NCBI GenBank assembly: GCA_965226585.1
Contig: OZ245366.1
Location: forward strand, 1 to 64,000
DNA: 64,000 nucleotides
From: Thermodesulfobacteriota bacterium
GTDB taxonomy: Bacteria; Desulfobacterota_D; UBA1144; Nemesobacterales; Mycalebacteriaceae
Direction of reading: 5' to 3'
Shown: positions 40,016 to 49,700 of the stretch, one piece after another
Layout: every line of letters starts with the position of its first letter
How positions within the stretch are numbered: position 1 is the stretch's first letter
The notes under the pieces: model-generated
Told to the model about the DNA's origin: nothing
Database searches by the model: none
Seen by the model: only the letters and a program-made list of their open reading frames with translations
Translations under genes and position numbers: made by a program

Positions 40016-40813
40016 ATGAGTAAAACAATATCAATTCTCGGTTGCGGCTGGTTCGGGCTTCCGCTTGCTTCGCGCCTTGCCTCCGCCGGGCACAAAGTTA
40101 TGGGCTCAACAACAGACCCCATGCGAAAAAACGAAATCCAAAAAGCCGGCGCGCAACCCTTTGTTATCAAACTTGAACCCGAACAAAACGCGGGAAACAA
40201 ACCGTTCTTCTCATCAGACATCACAGTCGTCAACTTCCCGCCCCGCCGCCGTGATGACATAAAAACCCACCTCGCCGGACAAACCCGCTCGCTTATGAAC
40301 GCTCTGGCGGACGGCGGCGCGGGCTTTGTAATCCTCATAAGTTCAACCTCAGTCTATGCAGACCTCGGAAGAGTTGTAACCGAAGAAGACTTCACAACCG
40401 GAGAGCCGGAAAAAGCGTCCGGCTCCGCGCTCAGGGAAATGGAACAAGCTATGGCGGAAGGCGATTTTGATTTAACCGTCCTCCGCTTTGCCGGGCTTAT
40501 CGGCTACGACAGAGACCCGCGCAGATTTCTTAAAAAAAGACCGGCGGCAGACCGCCCAGATCGCCCCGTGAACCTGATACACCGCGATGACTGCGTGGAA
40601 ATAACCGCGCAAATTATAGAGAAAAACATACGGGGCGAAACCCTTAACGCCGTCTCAGACAGCCACCCGTTTAGAAGCGAGTTCTATTTTAGCGAAGCAA
40701 AAAAAGCGGGAGTGGAACCGCCGGAGTTCAAAAAAGCGGAAGGATGGAAAATAGTGTCGGGAGAAAAACTGAAAAAAACGCTTAACTACAACTACAAAAA
40801 AAACCCGCTCTGA
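40016..40813 (+). CDS. NAD(P)-binding SDR/epimerase-family oxidoreductase
   Basis: ILGCGWFG, ISSTSVY, LRFAGLIG..R.P, VNLIHRDD. Confidence 0.85.
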   Translation: MSKTISILGCGWFGLPLASRLASAGHKVMGSTTDPMRKNEIQKAGAQPFVIKLEPEQNAGNKPFFSSDITVVNFPPRRRDDIKTHLAGQTRSLMNALADGGAGFVILISSTSVYADLGRVVTEEDFTTGEPEKASGSALREMEQAMAEGDFDLTVLRFAGLIGYDRDPRRFLKKRPAADRPDRPVNLIHRDDCVEITAQIIEKNIRGETLNAVSDSHPFRSEFYFSEAKKAGVEPPEFKKAEGWKIVSGEKLKKTLNYNYKKNPL

Positions 40814-40825
40814 AAAACGGCGGGT

Positions 40826-42121
40826 TCAGTCAAAAAGACTGTTCTCTATTATTATCGCCTCCTCACGCGAGGGACCCACGGAGATTAAACTCACGTCCGC
40901 CCCGCAAAGCGTCTTTATCCTCTCTATAAAATCAACCGCCGCCTGAGGAAGATTTGAAACCGTTTGCGCCCCGCTTATGTCTTCCTCCCATCCGGGAAGC
41001 TCCTCATAAACCGGCTCGCATGAGGAAAGCGCGTCGCAATCCTGCGGAAAAGAATCCGTCTCTTTGCCGCCCGTCCGGTAGGCAACACATATCTTCACCT
41101 TCTCAAAACCGCTCAGCACATCAAGTTTTGTAAGGGCAAGCGATGTTATGCCGTTTATTCTGACCGAATGGCGAAGGGCAACCGCATCAAGCCAGCCGCA
41201 TCTTCTTTTGCGCCCCGTTGTCGCCCCGAATTCCGCGCCTTTTTCGCCCATCGCCCTGCCGTCATCGCCTTTGTCTTCGGTGGGAAAGGGACCCTCGCCA
41301 ACCCTTGTTGTGTACGCCTTCACAACGCCAACCGTAAAGTCCACACAGCCGGGGCTCATTCCGCATCCCGCGCTCACTCCGCCCGAAACCGTGCTTGAAG
41401 AAGTAACGTAAGGATAGGTTCCAAAATCTATGTCAAGAAGCGCGCCCTGCGCCCCTTCAAAAAGCAAACTGCGCCCCCGCTCCGCCGCGTCCGCCAGAAA
41501 AACAACCGTGTCTTCAACAAAACCGGCAAGCCGTTTTCCGTATTGGGTGTAAGACGCGATGGTTGAATCGCGGTCAACCGGCTCTCCGCCAAGCACCTTT
41601 GTTATGTAGAGATTTCTTTCGGGAAGCACGCTGTCAAGCCGCGCCGCGAAGATGTTTTCATCAAGCAAATCCGCCACCCGTATTCCGCGCCGCGCAAATT
41701 TGTCTTCATAAACGGGACCTATTCCCCGCTTTGTTGTGCCGATTTTCGCCCCCGCCGCGCCGCCCTCCCGCAGAGAGTCTATCGCCCTGTGATACGGCAT
41801 AATCACATGGGCGCGTCCGCTAAGTTTCAGGTTTTCAGGAGATACGGAACAGCCCTCGGAGGTGAGAGAATCAATCTCTTCAAGCAAAATCGCGGGGTCA
41901 ACCGCCACGCCGTTTGCTATGACGGAAGTTTTCCCTTCGCGCAAAATGCCTGACGGAATATGGTGGAGAACAAACTTCCCCTTGTCTGTGATGATGGTGT
42001 GCCCCGCGTTGTTGCCGCCCTGAAAGCGGACAATCAGGTCGGTTTTTTCGGCGATAAGGTCAACAACTCTGCCCTTGCCTTCGTCTCCCCACTGCGTTCC
42101 AACAACGGCAAAATTCGGCAT
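40826..42121 (-). CDS. purA: Adenylosuccinate synthetase
   Basis: QWGDEGKG, GGNNAGHT, GTTKRGIGP, EGAQG, YTTRVGEGPFPTE, GATTGRKRRCGW. Confidence 0.97.
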   Translation of the reverse strand: MPNFAVVGTQWGDEGKGRVVDLIAEKTDLIVRFQGGNNAGHTIITDKGKFVLHHIPSGILREGKTSVIANGVAVDPAILLEEIDSLTSEGCSVSPENLKLSGRAHVIMPYHRAIDSLREGGAAGAKIGTTKRGIGPVYEDKFARRGIRVADLLDENIFAARLDSVLPERNLYITKVLGGEPVDRDSTIASYTQYGKRLAGFVEDTVVFLADAAERGRSLLFEGAQGALLDIDFGTYPYVTSSSTVSGGVSAGCGMSPGCVDFTVGVVKAYTTRVGEGPFPTEDKGDDGRAMGEKGAEFGATTGRKRRCGWLDAVALRHSVRINGITSLALTKLDVLSGFEKVKICVAYRTGGKETDSFPQDCDALSSCEPVYEELPGWEEDISGAQTVSNLPQAAVDFIERIKTLCGADVSLISVGPSREEAIIIENSLFD

Positions 42122-43368
42122 CAGATGCCCCCGGAGATCAGTTCCTCAAGGTTTGAAAAACGGCGGGTGGTTTTTTTGTTCGCCTCTATAAGGCGCAATT
42201 TTGTGGGGCTGTCTATCGCTATCACTCCGTAAGAAGGCGGCATCGCGAAAGACGCCTTGCGCGGAGGGCGCGGTTTTGTTTCGGCAACAACCTGAAACCC
42301 GTTAGACCTGAGCCAGTTGCTGAGCCGTATCGCCTCTTTTCTGAGAGACGGCTTTGTGGGGATAACAACAAAGTGAACCGTCTCTTTCTTGCCCTTTTTC
42401 TCCGCAGACAAGGTTTTGACTATCCCCTCCACATCCGCCGCGAAACCGGTGGCGGGAGTGTTGTATCCGTAACGTTTTATGAGAGAGTCATACCTTCCGC
42501 CCACGATAAGGGGAGCGGCGGCGCGGGGGTGAAGTATTTGAAAGGTAACGCCCGTGTAGTAGTTGAAATTCCGCACATCGCAAGCGTCAACACTAATCTC
42601 GCAATCAATTTCGTACTCTCCGAGAACCTCAACTATACTGCGTATATTCGCCGCCGGATTTTTAAGTTCGGCAACCGAATCCATAAGGGAAAGCGCCTTG
42701 TTCGTCTCCCGCGTTTGCGTGAGGGCGGTTATCTTCCGCCGTGTGGAGGCGGGCATTTTTGAAGCGTCAAGCGAGCGCGCCAGTTCTCTGCCGGATTTCA
42801 TTTCAAGGGCATCTTTCACGGCTTGTTTCTCTTTTCCCGCGAGTCTCTCAACCGCCCTCACCGCCCCCGAATGGCCAATGTCTAACACAAGGTCTGACAG
42901 CCCCGCTCTGGTGAGAGAGTTCACGGCAAGCGCCATAATCTCTGCGTCTGCGGTGAAATCTTTTTTGCCCACAAGTTCACAGCCCGCCTGAAACAGTTCG
43001 CGCTCCCTTCCGCTTGACTCATGCTCAAACCGCACAACCCTGCCGGAGTAGCAAAGTCTTTGCGGCTCTTTCAGGTGGCTCAGCCGTGTGGCGACAATCC
43101 GGCATATTTGCGGAGTTATATCGGGGCGGAGGGCAACAACATCACCCGTTGACGGGTCGACAAACTTCATCACACGCGATTTCAGGCGGTCGTTCAGACC
43201 GGCGTTTATCGCCTCAAGGTTTTCAAAAAGCGGCGTTATAACCCGCCGGTATCCCCACTTGTAATACTCGTCAAGCAGTTCGCTTTCGGCGTTTTTCAGT
43301 CCTCCCGCCTCGCTCGGAACAAAGTTCTTCACGCCTTGAGGCAGAAGCATGTTGGTATTGTTACTCAA
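42121..43368 (-). CDS. hisZ: ATP phosphoribosyltransferase regulatory subunit
   Basis: HisRS-like LPQGVKN, LRPDITPQI, RELFQAGCEL, YYTGVTF, GGRYD; lies upstream of purA. Confidence 0.88.
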   Translation of the reverse strand: MSNNTNMLLPQGVKNFVPSEAGGLKNAESELLDEYYKWGYRRVITPLFENLEAINAGLNDRLKSRVMKFVDPSTGDVVALRPDITPQICRIVATRLSHLKEPQRLCYSGRVVRFEHESSGRERELFQAGCELVGKKDFTADAEIMALAVNSLTRAGLSDLVLDIGHSGAVRAVERLAGKEKQAVKDALEMKSGRELARSLDASKMPASTRRKITALTQTRETNKALSLMDSVAELKNPAANIRSIVEVLGEYEIDCEISVDACDVRNFNYYTGVTFQILHPRAAAPLIVGGRYDSLIKRYGYNTPATGFAADVEGIVKTLSAEKKGKKETVHFVVIPTKPSLRKEAIRLSNWLRSNGFQVVAETKPRPPRKASFAMPPSYGVIAIDSPTKLRLIEANKKTTRRFSNLEELISGGI

Positions 43369-44942
43369 AGCGTAACCTGCGTTATGGATATGATTCCTTC
43401 AAGGGCGGCGATTTTCTCTATCTCCGCCTCAGACACGGGAGAGTCAACATTTGTGAAAACTATCGCCCTTCCGCCAACCGCTTCGCGCCCCAAGTGCATA
43501 CGGGCGATGTTGATTCCCGCCGCGCTGATAATTCCGCACATTCCCGCAATAAGCCCCGGCTTGTCGTGATTTTCGCTTATAAGCAGTATTCCTTCGGGGG
43601 CAACATCAAGCGGAACGCCGTCCACTTTCACAAATCTCGGCTCCTGTCTGCCGAATATCACGCCGGACACGCTCCGCTTTCCTTCGGGGGCGGAAACGCT
43701 TGCGGTTATCAGGTTTGTGTAATCGCCCGAAGCCGTGTTTTTTGCCTCCACAACCTCAATCCCCCTGTCTTTTGCGATAACGGGGGCGTTCACCTGCGTA
43801 ACGGTTTTGTTCATCACTTTTGAAAGAAACCCTTGCAAAACGGAGAGAGAAAGAACCTTTGTGTTTGATTGCGCGATGTCGCCCCGGTATTCCACCTTCA
43901 CCTTGCTCGCCCCCGTGCAGGTTTGCGCCAGAAACGCGCCCATTTTTTCGGCGAGGTTCATATAAGGGGAGATGCTTTCCGCCTCCGCCGCGTCAAGAGA
44001 GGGCATGTTGACGGCGTTTTTCACAACGCCGCCTGAAAAGTCTATTATCTGCCGCGCTATTGCCGCGCCAACTTTCTCCTGAGCTTCGGCGGTGGACGCT
44101 CCGAGATGGGGAGTGAGAACAACGCCGCTTTTCAGAATCGCCGAACCGCTTTCGGGCGGCTCTGATGTGAACACGTCCAGAGCCGCGCCCGCAAGTTTTC
44201 CGCTTTCAACCGCCGCGCAAAGGGCGTTTTCGTCAACAATGCCGCCGCGCGCGCAGTTTATCAGTATCGCGCCGTCTTTCATTTTCGCTATGGCTTCGGT
44301 GTCTATCATATTTTTTGTCTGCGGGGTAAGCGGGGCGTGAATTGTAATAACGTCTGCGGTTGAAAGGGTTTCATCAAGGTCTGCGAGTTTAACGCCCATT
44401 TTTTCCGCCGCTTCGGGGGCGAGGAACGGGTCAAAGGCAACGGGCGTCATTTTAAGACCCGCCGCTCTTTCGGCGACAAGCTTGCCTATTGTGCCTAGAC
44501 CTATAAGACCGAGGGTTTTGCCGAACAGTTCCACGCCTTTGAATTTTCCTCTTTCCCATTTGCCGCCCGATGTGGAGAGGTGCGCCTGAGGCACTTTTCT
44601 TGCCGCGCTGAACATAAGGGCGATGGCGTGTTCCGCCGTTGTAACGGCGTTTGCTTCGGGTGTGTTCATAACAACTATTCCGCTTCGGGTGGCGGCTTCA
44701 ATGTCAACGTTGTCAACACCGATTCCGGCGCGCCCCACAACTTTGAGAGAGCCGTCCGCCGCGTCTATAATGTCTGCCGTGATTTTTGTGGCGGAGCGGA
44801 TGATAACGCCGTCATAGTTTTTGATTATTTTTTTGAGTTCGTCTGAGTCTATGCTTGAGCGTATGTCCGGCTCGATTCCTGAGGCGGATTCAAGCAGACT
44901 TTTTCCCTCTGGCGCGATGCCGTCTGTAACAAGTATTTTCAC
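43365..44942 (-). CDS. serA: D-3-phosphoglycerate dehydrogenase with C-terminal ACT domain
   Basis: GRAGIGVDNVD, GLGTIG, NCARGGIVDE, TPHLGASTAEAQ; GTG start at 44942. Confidence 0.95.
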   Translation of the reverse strand: MKILVTDGIAPEGKSLLESASGIEPDIRSSIDSDELKKIIKNYDGVIIRSATKITADIIDAADGSLKVVGRAGIGVDNVDIEAATRSGIVVMNTPEANAVTTAEHAIALMFSAARKVPQAHLSTSGGKWERGKFKGVELFGKTLGLIGLGTIGKLVAERAAGLKMTPVAFDPFLAPEAAEKMGVKLADLDETLSTADVITIHAPLTPQTKNMIDTEAIAKMKDGAILINCARGGIVDENALCAAVESGKLAGAALDVFTSEPPESGSAILKSGVVLTPHLGASTAEAQEKVGAAIARQIIDFSGGVVKNAVNMPSLDAAEAESISPYMNLAEKMGAFLAQTCTGASKVKVEYRGDIAQSNTKVLSLSVLQGFLSKVMNKTVTQVNAPVIAKDRGIEVVEAKNTASGDYTNLITASVSAPEGKRSVSGVIFGRQEPRFVKVDGVPLDVAPEGILLISENHDKPGLIAGMCGIISAAGINIARMHLGREAVGGRAIVFTNVDSPVSEAEIEKIAALEGIISITQVTL

Positions 44943-44981
44943 GGTAATCAAGTGGGTGGCAAAGCCGTCAAAACGGGGTAT

Positions 44982-45010
44982 AGTATGCGGAAAGACCCCC
45001 TCTTTGTCAA
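44982..45010 (-). promoter_or_regulatory. Putative promoter of serA-hisZ-purA
   Basis: TTGACA-17 nt-CATACT. Confidence 0.45.
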
Positions 45011-45025
45011 TCAAGGGGCGTTCCC

Positions 45026-45748
45026 ATGAACACAGACTCAAAAGCGCCGTTTATCAGGCATCTCGCGGAACTCAGAAAAGCGGTTTTGCGGCCTGTTTTG
45101 CTTATCATAGTTTTTTTCATTCCGTGTTATTTTGTCCGTTTTGACATCCTGCGTTTTGCGGTTGAGCCGGTGGTTTCGGCTTTGCCTGAGGGCGGCGGTT
45201 TAATTTTCACCAAGCCGGGCGAGGGTTTTGCGGCTCTTGTGATGTCGTCTTTATTTGCGGCGTTCATGCTTGCCCTGCCGTTCACGCTTTACAGTTTGTG
45301 GGGTTTTATCGCGCCGGGATTAAAGAGGGGTGAGCGGAGGAGTGTGGCGATTTTCGTATTTGCGGGAACGGTTCTTTTTTGCGCGGGTGTATTTTTCTGT
45401 TACCGGTTAGCCGCTCCGCGAGCGTTGGAGTTTTTGCTTTCAGAGCATTCGTCTGATTTTATGACGGCGATGCCGTCTGTTGGGCAGTCGCTGTCGTTTT
45501 TGCTGACGTTATGTTTCAGTTTTGGCGTTGTGTTTGAGTTTCCGCTTGTGGCGTTTCTGCTTTCAAGGTGGGGAGTGGTAAGCGCGAAGGGTTTTGCGGG
45601 TGGAAGGAAATACGCTTATGTGGCTGGGGCGATGGCGGCGGCGGTGATAACGCCGACTACTGATATTGTTTCCATGATGTTTCTGCTTGTGCCGCTTGCG
45701 GTGTTTTACGAAGCGGGAATTGTTACGGCAAAGGTGTTTGGGAAGTAA
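45026..45748 (+). CDS. tatC: Twin-arginine translocase subunit C
   Basis: HLAELR, LWGFIAPGL..GE, FGVVFEFP, AAVITPTTD, FYEAG. Confidence 0.93.
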   Translation: MNTDSKAPFIRHLAELRKAVLRPVLLIIVFFIPCYFVRFDILRFAVEPVVSALPEGGGLIFTKPGEGFAALVMSSLFAAFMLALPFTLYSLWGFIAPGLKRGERRSVAIFVFAGTVLFCAGVFFCYRLAAPRALEFLLSEHSSDFMTAMPSVGQSLSFLLTLCFSFGVVFEFPLVAFLLSRWGVVSAKGFAGGRKYAYVAGAMAAAVITPTTDIVSMMFLLVPLAVFYEAGIVTAKVFGK

Positions 45749-45759
45749 CTTCCCACTTC

Positions 45760-46720
45760 CGTCATTCCGTGCTTGACACGGAATCCAGTATTCAACTGGT
45801 TAAGTAATACTGGATTCCTGCTTCCGCAGGAATGACGTTTTTCCCCACTTCCGTCATTCCGTGCTTGACACGGAATCCAGTATTCAACTGGTTAAGTAAT
45901 ACTGGATTCCTGCTTTCGCAGGAATGACGTTTTTCCCCTTTCCGTCATTCCGTGCTTGACACGGAATCCAGTATTCAACTGGTTAAGTAATACTGGATTC
46001 CTGCTTTCGCAGGAATGACGTTTTTCCCACTTCCGTCATTCCGTGCTTGACACGGAATCCAGTATTCAACTGGTTAGGTAATACTGGATTCCTGCTTCCG
46101 CAGGAATGACGTTTTTCCCACTTCCGTCATTCCGTGCTTGACACGGAATCCAGTATTCAACTGGTTAGGTAATACTGGATTCCTGCTTTCGCAGGAATGA
46201 CGTTTTTCCCACTTCCGTCATTCCGTGCTTGACACGGAATCCAGTATTCAACTGGTTAGGTAATACTGGATTCCTGCTTTCGCAGGAATGACGGGGAGGG
46301 ACAACGGAATGACGTTTTTCCCACTTCCGTCATTCCGTGCTTGACACGGAATCCAGTATTCAACTGGTTAAGTAATACTGGATTCCTGCTTTCGCAGGAA
46401 TGACGGGGAGGGACAACGGAATGACGTTTTTCCCCACTTCCGTCATTCCGTGCTTGACACGGAATCCAGTATTCAACTGGTTAAGTAATACTGGATTCCT
46501 GCTTTCGCAGGAATGACGGGGAGGGACAACGGAATGACGTTTTTCCCCACTTCCGTCATTCCGTGCTTGACACGGAATCCAGTATTCAACTGGTTAACCA
46601 ATACTGGATTCCTGCTTCCGCAGGAATGACGAGGGGGCAATGGAATGACGAGGTGAGGGGCAATGGAATGACGAGGGGGGCAATGGAATAACGAGGGGGG
46701 GGGGGCAACGGAATGGCGGA
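45760..46720. repeat. Repeat locus 5: nine units (45760, 45852, 45943, 46034, 46125, 46216, 46328, 46441, 46554) plus G-rich tails
   Basis: Period 91-92 then 112-113; central variants TTAAGT x3, TTAGGT x3, TTAAGT x2, TTAACC. Confidence 0.97.
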
Positions 46721-46737
46721 AAGGGCAATGCTCACCG

Positions 46738-49700
46738 CTACCACTGGAAATTCAAGCCTGTCCGCAGAATTCTTTCTTCAAACTCATTGGTGGTCGCTCC
46801 GGCAAAATGCACCTGGAAGTTGGGCGTAACCCTCATTCCAAAACTTCCTGACACACCGTAATCCCCCTCGTATTCCGAGAAGTTTATGTCAAGCCCGATA
46901 CGATTGCCCGGCTCTATGTGTGTGGATTTCAACGCCGCCGCCATCGCCACACCGCGTCTCAATGCGGCTATGTCGCGGTCGTGCTGGTCTATCTTGTCCT
47001 GTACCCACGCATTACGCTCATACAAATCGCCGTAACGTTTCGGCTCACTTCCAAGCGGCGTTTCATTAAGTGCCTCAAGTGTTTCACTTGTGAGACGCTC
47101 ACGCCCCTCTTCGGTCATGAACTCCTCAACATTCCTTATCCGCCGCTGATTGGTGTCTTCGGTTCCCGCCGCAATGTATTCCTCTATAACCTGCGCCTCT
47201 CTCCGGTTTCTCGTCTCGTCTATCTCAGACGGCTTTATCTGATGGTCTGCGCAATTCACCTCTTTGAAACACTCATAAGCGTATATCGCGTCTCTAACGG
47301 AAAGGTTTTCCGAGCCTCTCTCAAGTTCGCCCCTGCTTATCCATTTGTCGCCGTCTGCGTCAAAACCGGCAAGCAAATCCGCGCCTCGCGTGAGCCTTTC
47401 AGACTGTATGCCCAAATGCGTGCCAAGCACATCGGCAACATCGTATCCCGCCACCTGACGCGACTCATAGTAGTTTTCCTGCTCGTAAAGCTGTCCCGTC
47501 CGGTCAAACCTGATGTCTTTTGCCGGCACGGAAGAATTCTTGTCGGCAGAGGGCGTTCCAAGAACGGAGTCAATCCGCCTGTTCTGCTCGTATCTGTATG
47601 AACCCGGATCTGTTTTATACAGAACCTGATCCGAAAGCGTCTGATGCCTTTCGCCAAGCGGCGCGCCTGTTACATCAAGGTTCGCCCATCTCTGCCTCTG
47701 GAAGTCAGAGGCTCCCATTCCCTCGTATGAATACGCCGTCCGCCCAAGCAAAGATGTGTTGGGGTCGGGGTCGGGGCGAAGTGTCAGCACTTCCTCCAGT
47801 TTCGCCTGCGTGTATCTGTCCACTCCTCCGAACTCATCGGCAAAGTCGTTCTGCGCGGCAAGCAGTGAATCGCGCTCCGCGTCAATCTTGTCATGCTTCT
47901 TAACATCGCTGTATTCAAGGTAATCCCTCAGCGCGGTAAGGTATGCCGTTCTGGCTTCTTCCTGCTCCTCGCTGTTGCCGGAGTTTGATTCCGCAACCAC
48001 TCGCGCTATCTCCGTGCGAACTCTCTGGTCTGCCGTTTCAGGTCCCATCGCGTTTCCAATCAACACGTCAACCGCGTCAAAGTGGAAGTCCGCCGTTTGC
48101 AAAGTTCCGTCTCCAAGAACGGTTGTTATCCTCGTGGCTCCGCCGGCGCGGGTTGATTCGTCTTTCTTCTCGGAGATGTGTCCGTAGAGGAAATCGTCAT
48201 GCTCGCCCTGCGCTTGGTAGTCCGGCTCGAATTCAGTGTAGTCATATACTGTTCTAAACTCGTATGTCGGCTCCAACACGCCGTTGGCGAGGACTGTGTT
48301 GCCCGTGTGCACTCTAATCGTTCCCGATGTGTGAACCGATGATGAGTTCACAACGTAATACGCCGTGTCATTGTAGAGACCAAGCCCCGTAAATTTGTAG
48401 GCAACATCCGCCTCGTCCGGGGTTCCGGTTCCGAATTCTCTTCCACTGCCGATTGCCCCGTTGAAGTGGTAGTTACGTCCGTTCGCTTCATCTCCGAATG
48501 TCTGCGTTCCGTCTCTGAATGTGTTCGCGCCCGCGCCGATGGATGTTGACCTCCAGCCGGTTGTGTTCGCGCTTTCGCCAAGCGATGTGGCGTTTTGTCC
48601 GCTGATGGATGTTGTGCCCGTGATAACACTTCCCGCAAATGACCTCGCGCCAAGGGATGTGGAGTTGTCGCTTCTGGCGTATGCGAGAGCACCGTAGGCG
48701 GTTGTGTTCTCGCCCTGCGCTTCGGCAAAGTAACCCGTTGCGGTTGACCAGTTACCCGTTGCCTGTGTTTCCACACCGCCGGCGTGCGCTCCGTTACCGT
48801 CTGCCTTTGCGTCAATACCCGCCACGAATGAGCCGTTACCGGTGGCGTTCAGGTTTCTTCCGATTGCCACACTGTTCGCGGCAATCGCGTATGCGTTTCG
48901 TCCGATGGCAATTGAGCCGTCATTTGTGGCGTGAGCATTCACACCAATCGCTATTGAATCTTTTCCGCTTGCTTTTGCGTCTTTACCAACCGCTATTGAG
49001 TCCCTTCCGGTCGCGCTCGCGTTCTGCCCGAAAGCGGATGAGTTTGCCCCGCTCGCGTACGCGCCCTGACCCACAGCCGTTGAGTTGTATTTCACAGCGG
49101 CGGAGTTTTGACCCACAGCCGTAGTATCCCTGTCTGTAACGTAGGCGTTCTGACCAACCACCACTCCGTTCACGCCTTGCGAGTTAAAGGTTGAGGCGAA
49201 AGCGTTTTGACCCACCGCCACAGAATTGTGCATTTGCGTGTTGGCAATCTGACCGAGCGCGGTTGACACATTTCCGCCAGCCCACGAACCCTGACCCAGA
49301 GCCGTTGTTTTGTTGCCCACCGCGTTCGCGTTCTGACCAATCGCGGTTGTGTCAACGTAGGTGAGGATAACAATTCCACTTGCCGCGCCCTGACCAAAAG
49401 CGGATGAGTTGATGGAAAGCGCGTGAGAGTTCTGACCAACCGCCGTTGCGTCAAACAGATGCGTCAACACGCCGTTTATCACAACACTGCCGTTCGCGGT
49501 GGCGGCGTTCTGACCAACCGCCGTGCCGTTTATGTTGTTGGCGGATGCGTTGTGCCCGACAGCGGTTGTGTTCGAGTCAATCGCGGCGGCGTAACCGCCG
49601 TAAGCGGATGAGAATGTTCCCGCCGCTTCCGCTCTGTAACCGGTTGCGGTGGATTCGGTTCCCGTTGCCTGCGTGTTTATACCCGAAACGGTTGACCCGT

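Noticed and set aside
45789..45805. Integron attC-like RYYYAAC / GTTRRRY motifs in the repeat core (ATTCAAC-TG-GTTAAGT)
   Set aside because: The two motifs are only 2 nt apart, many copies break GTTRRRY, there are no cassette ORFs between units, and no integrase is present
45770..45810. TTGACA in the loop of one repeat hairpin as a portable promoter
   Set aside because: No -10 hexamer at 16-18 nt spacing, and many copies read CTGACA
45760..46720. CRISPR array interpretation of the tandem repeats (also 39540-40010 and 63500-63933)
   Set aside because: Units are 78 bp, the intervening sequences are near-identical rather than unique spacers, and there are no cas genes in the window
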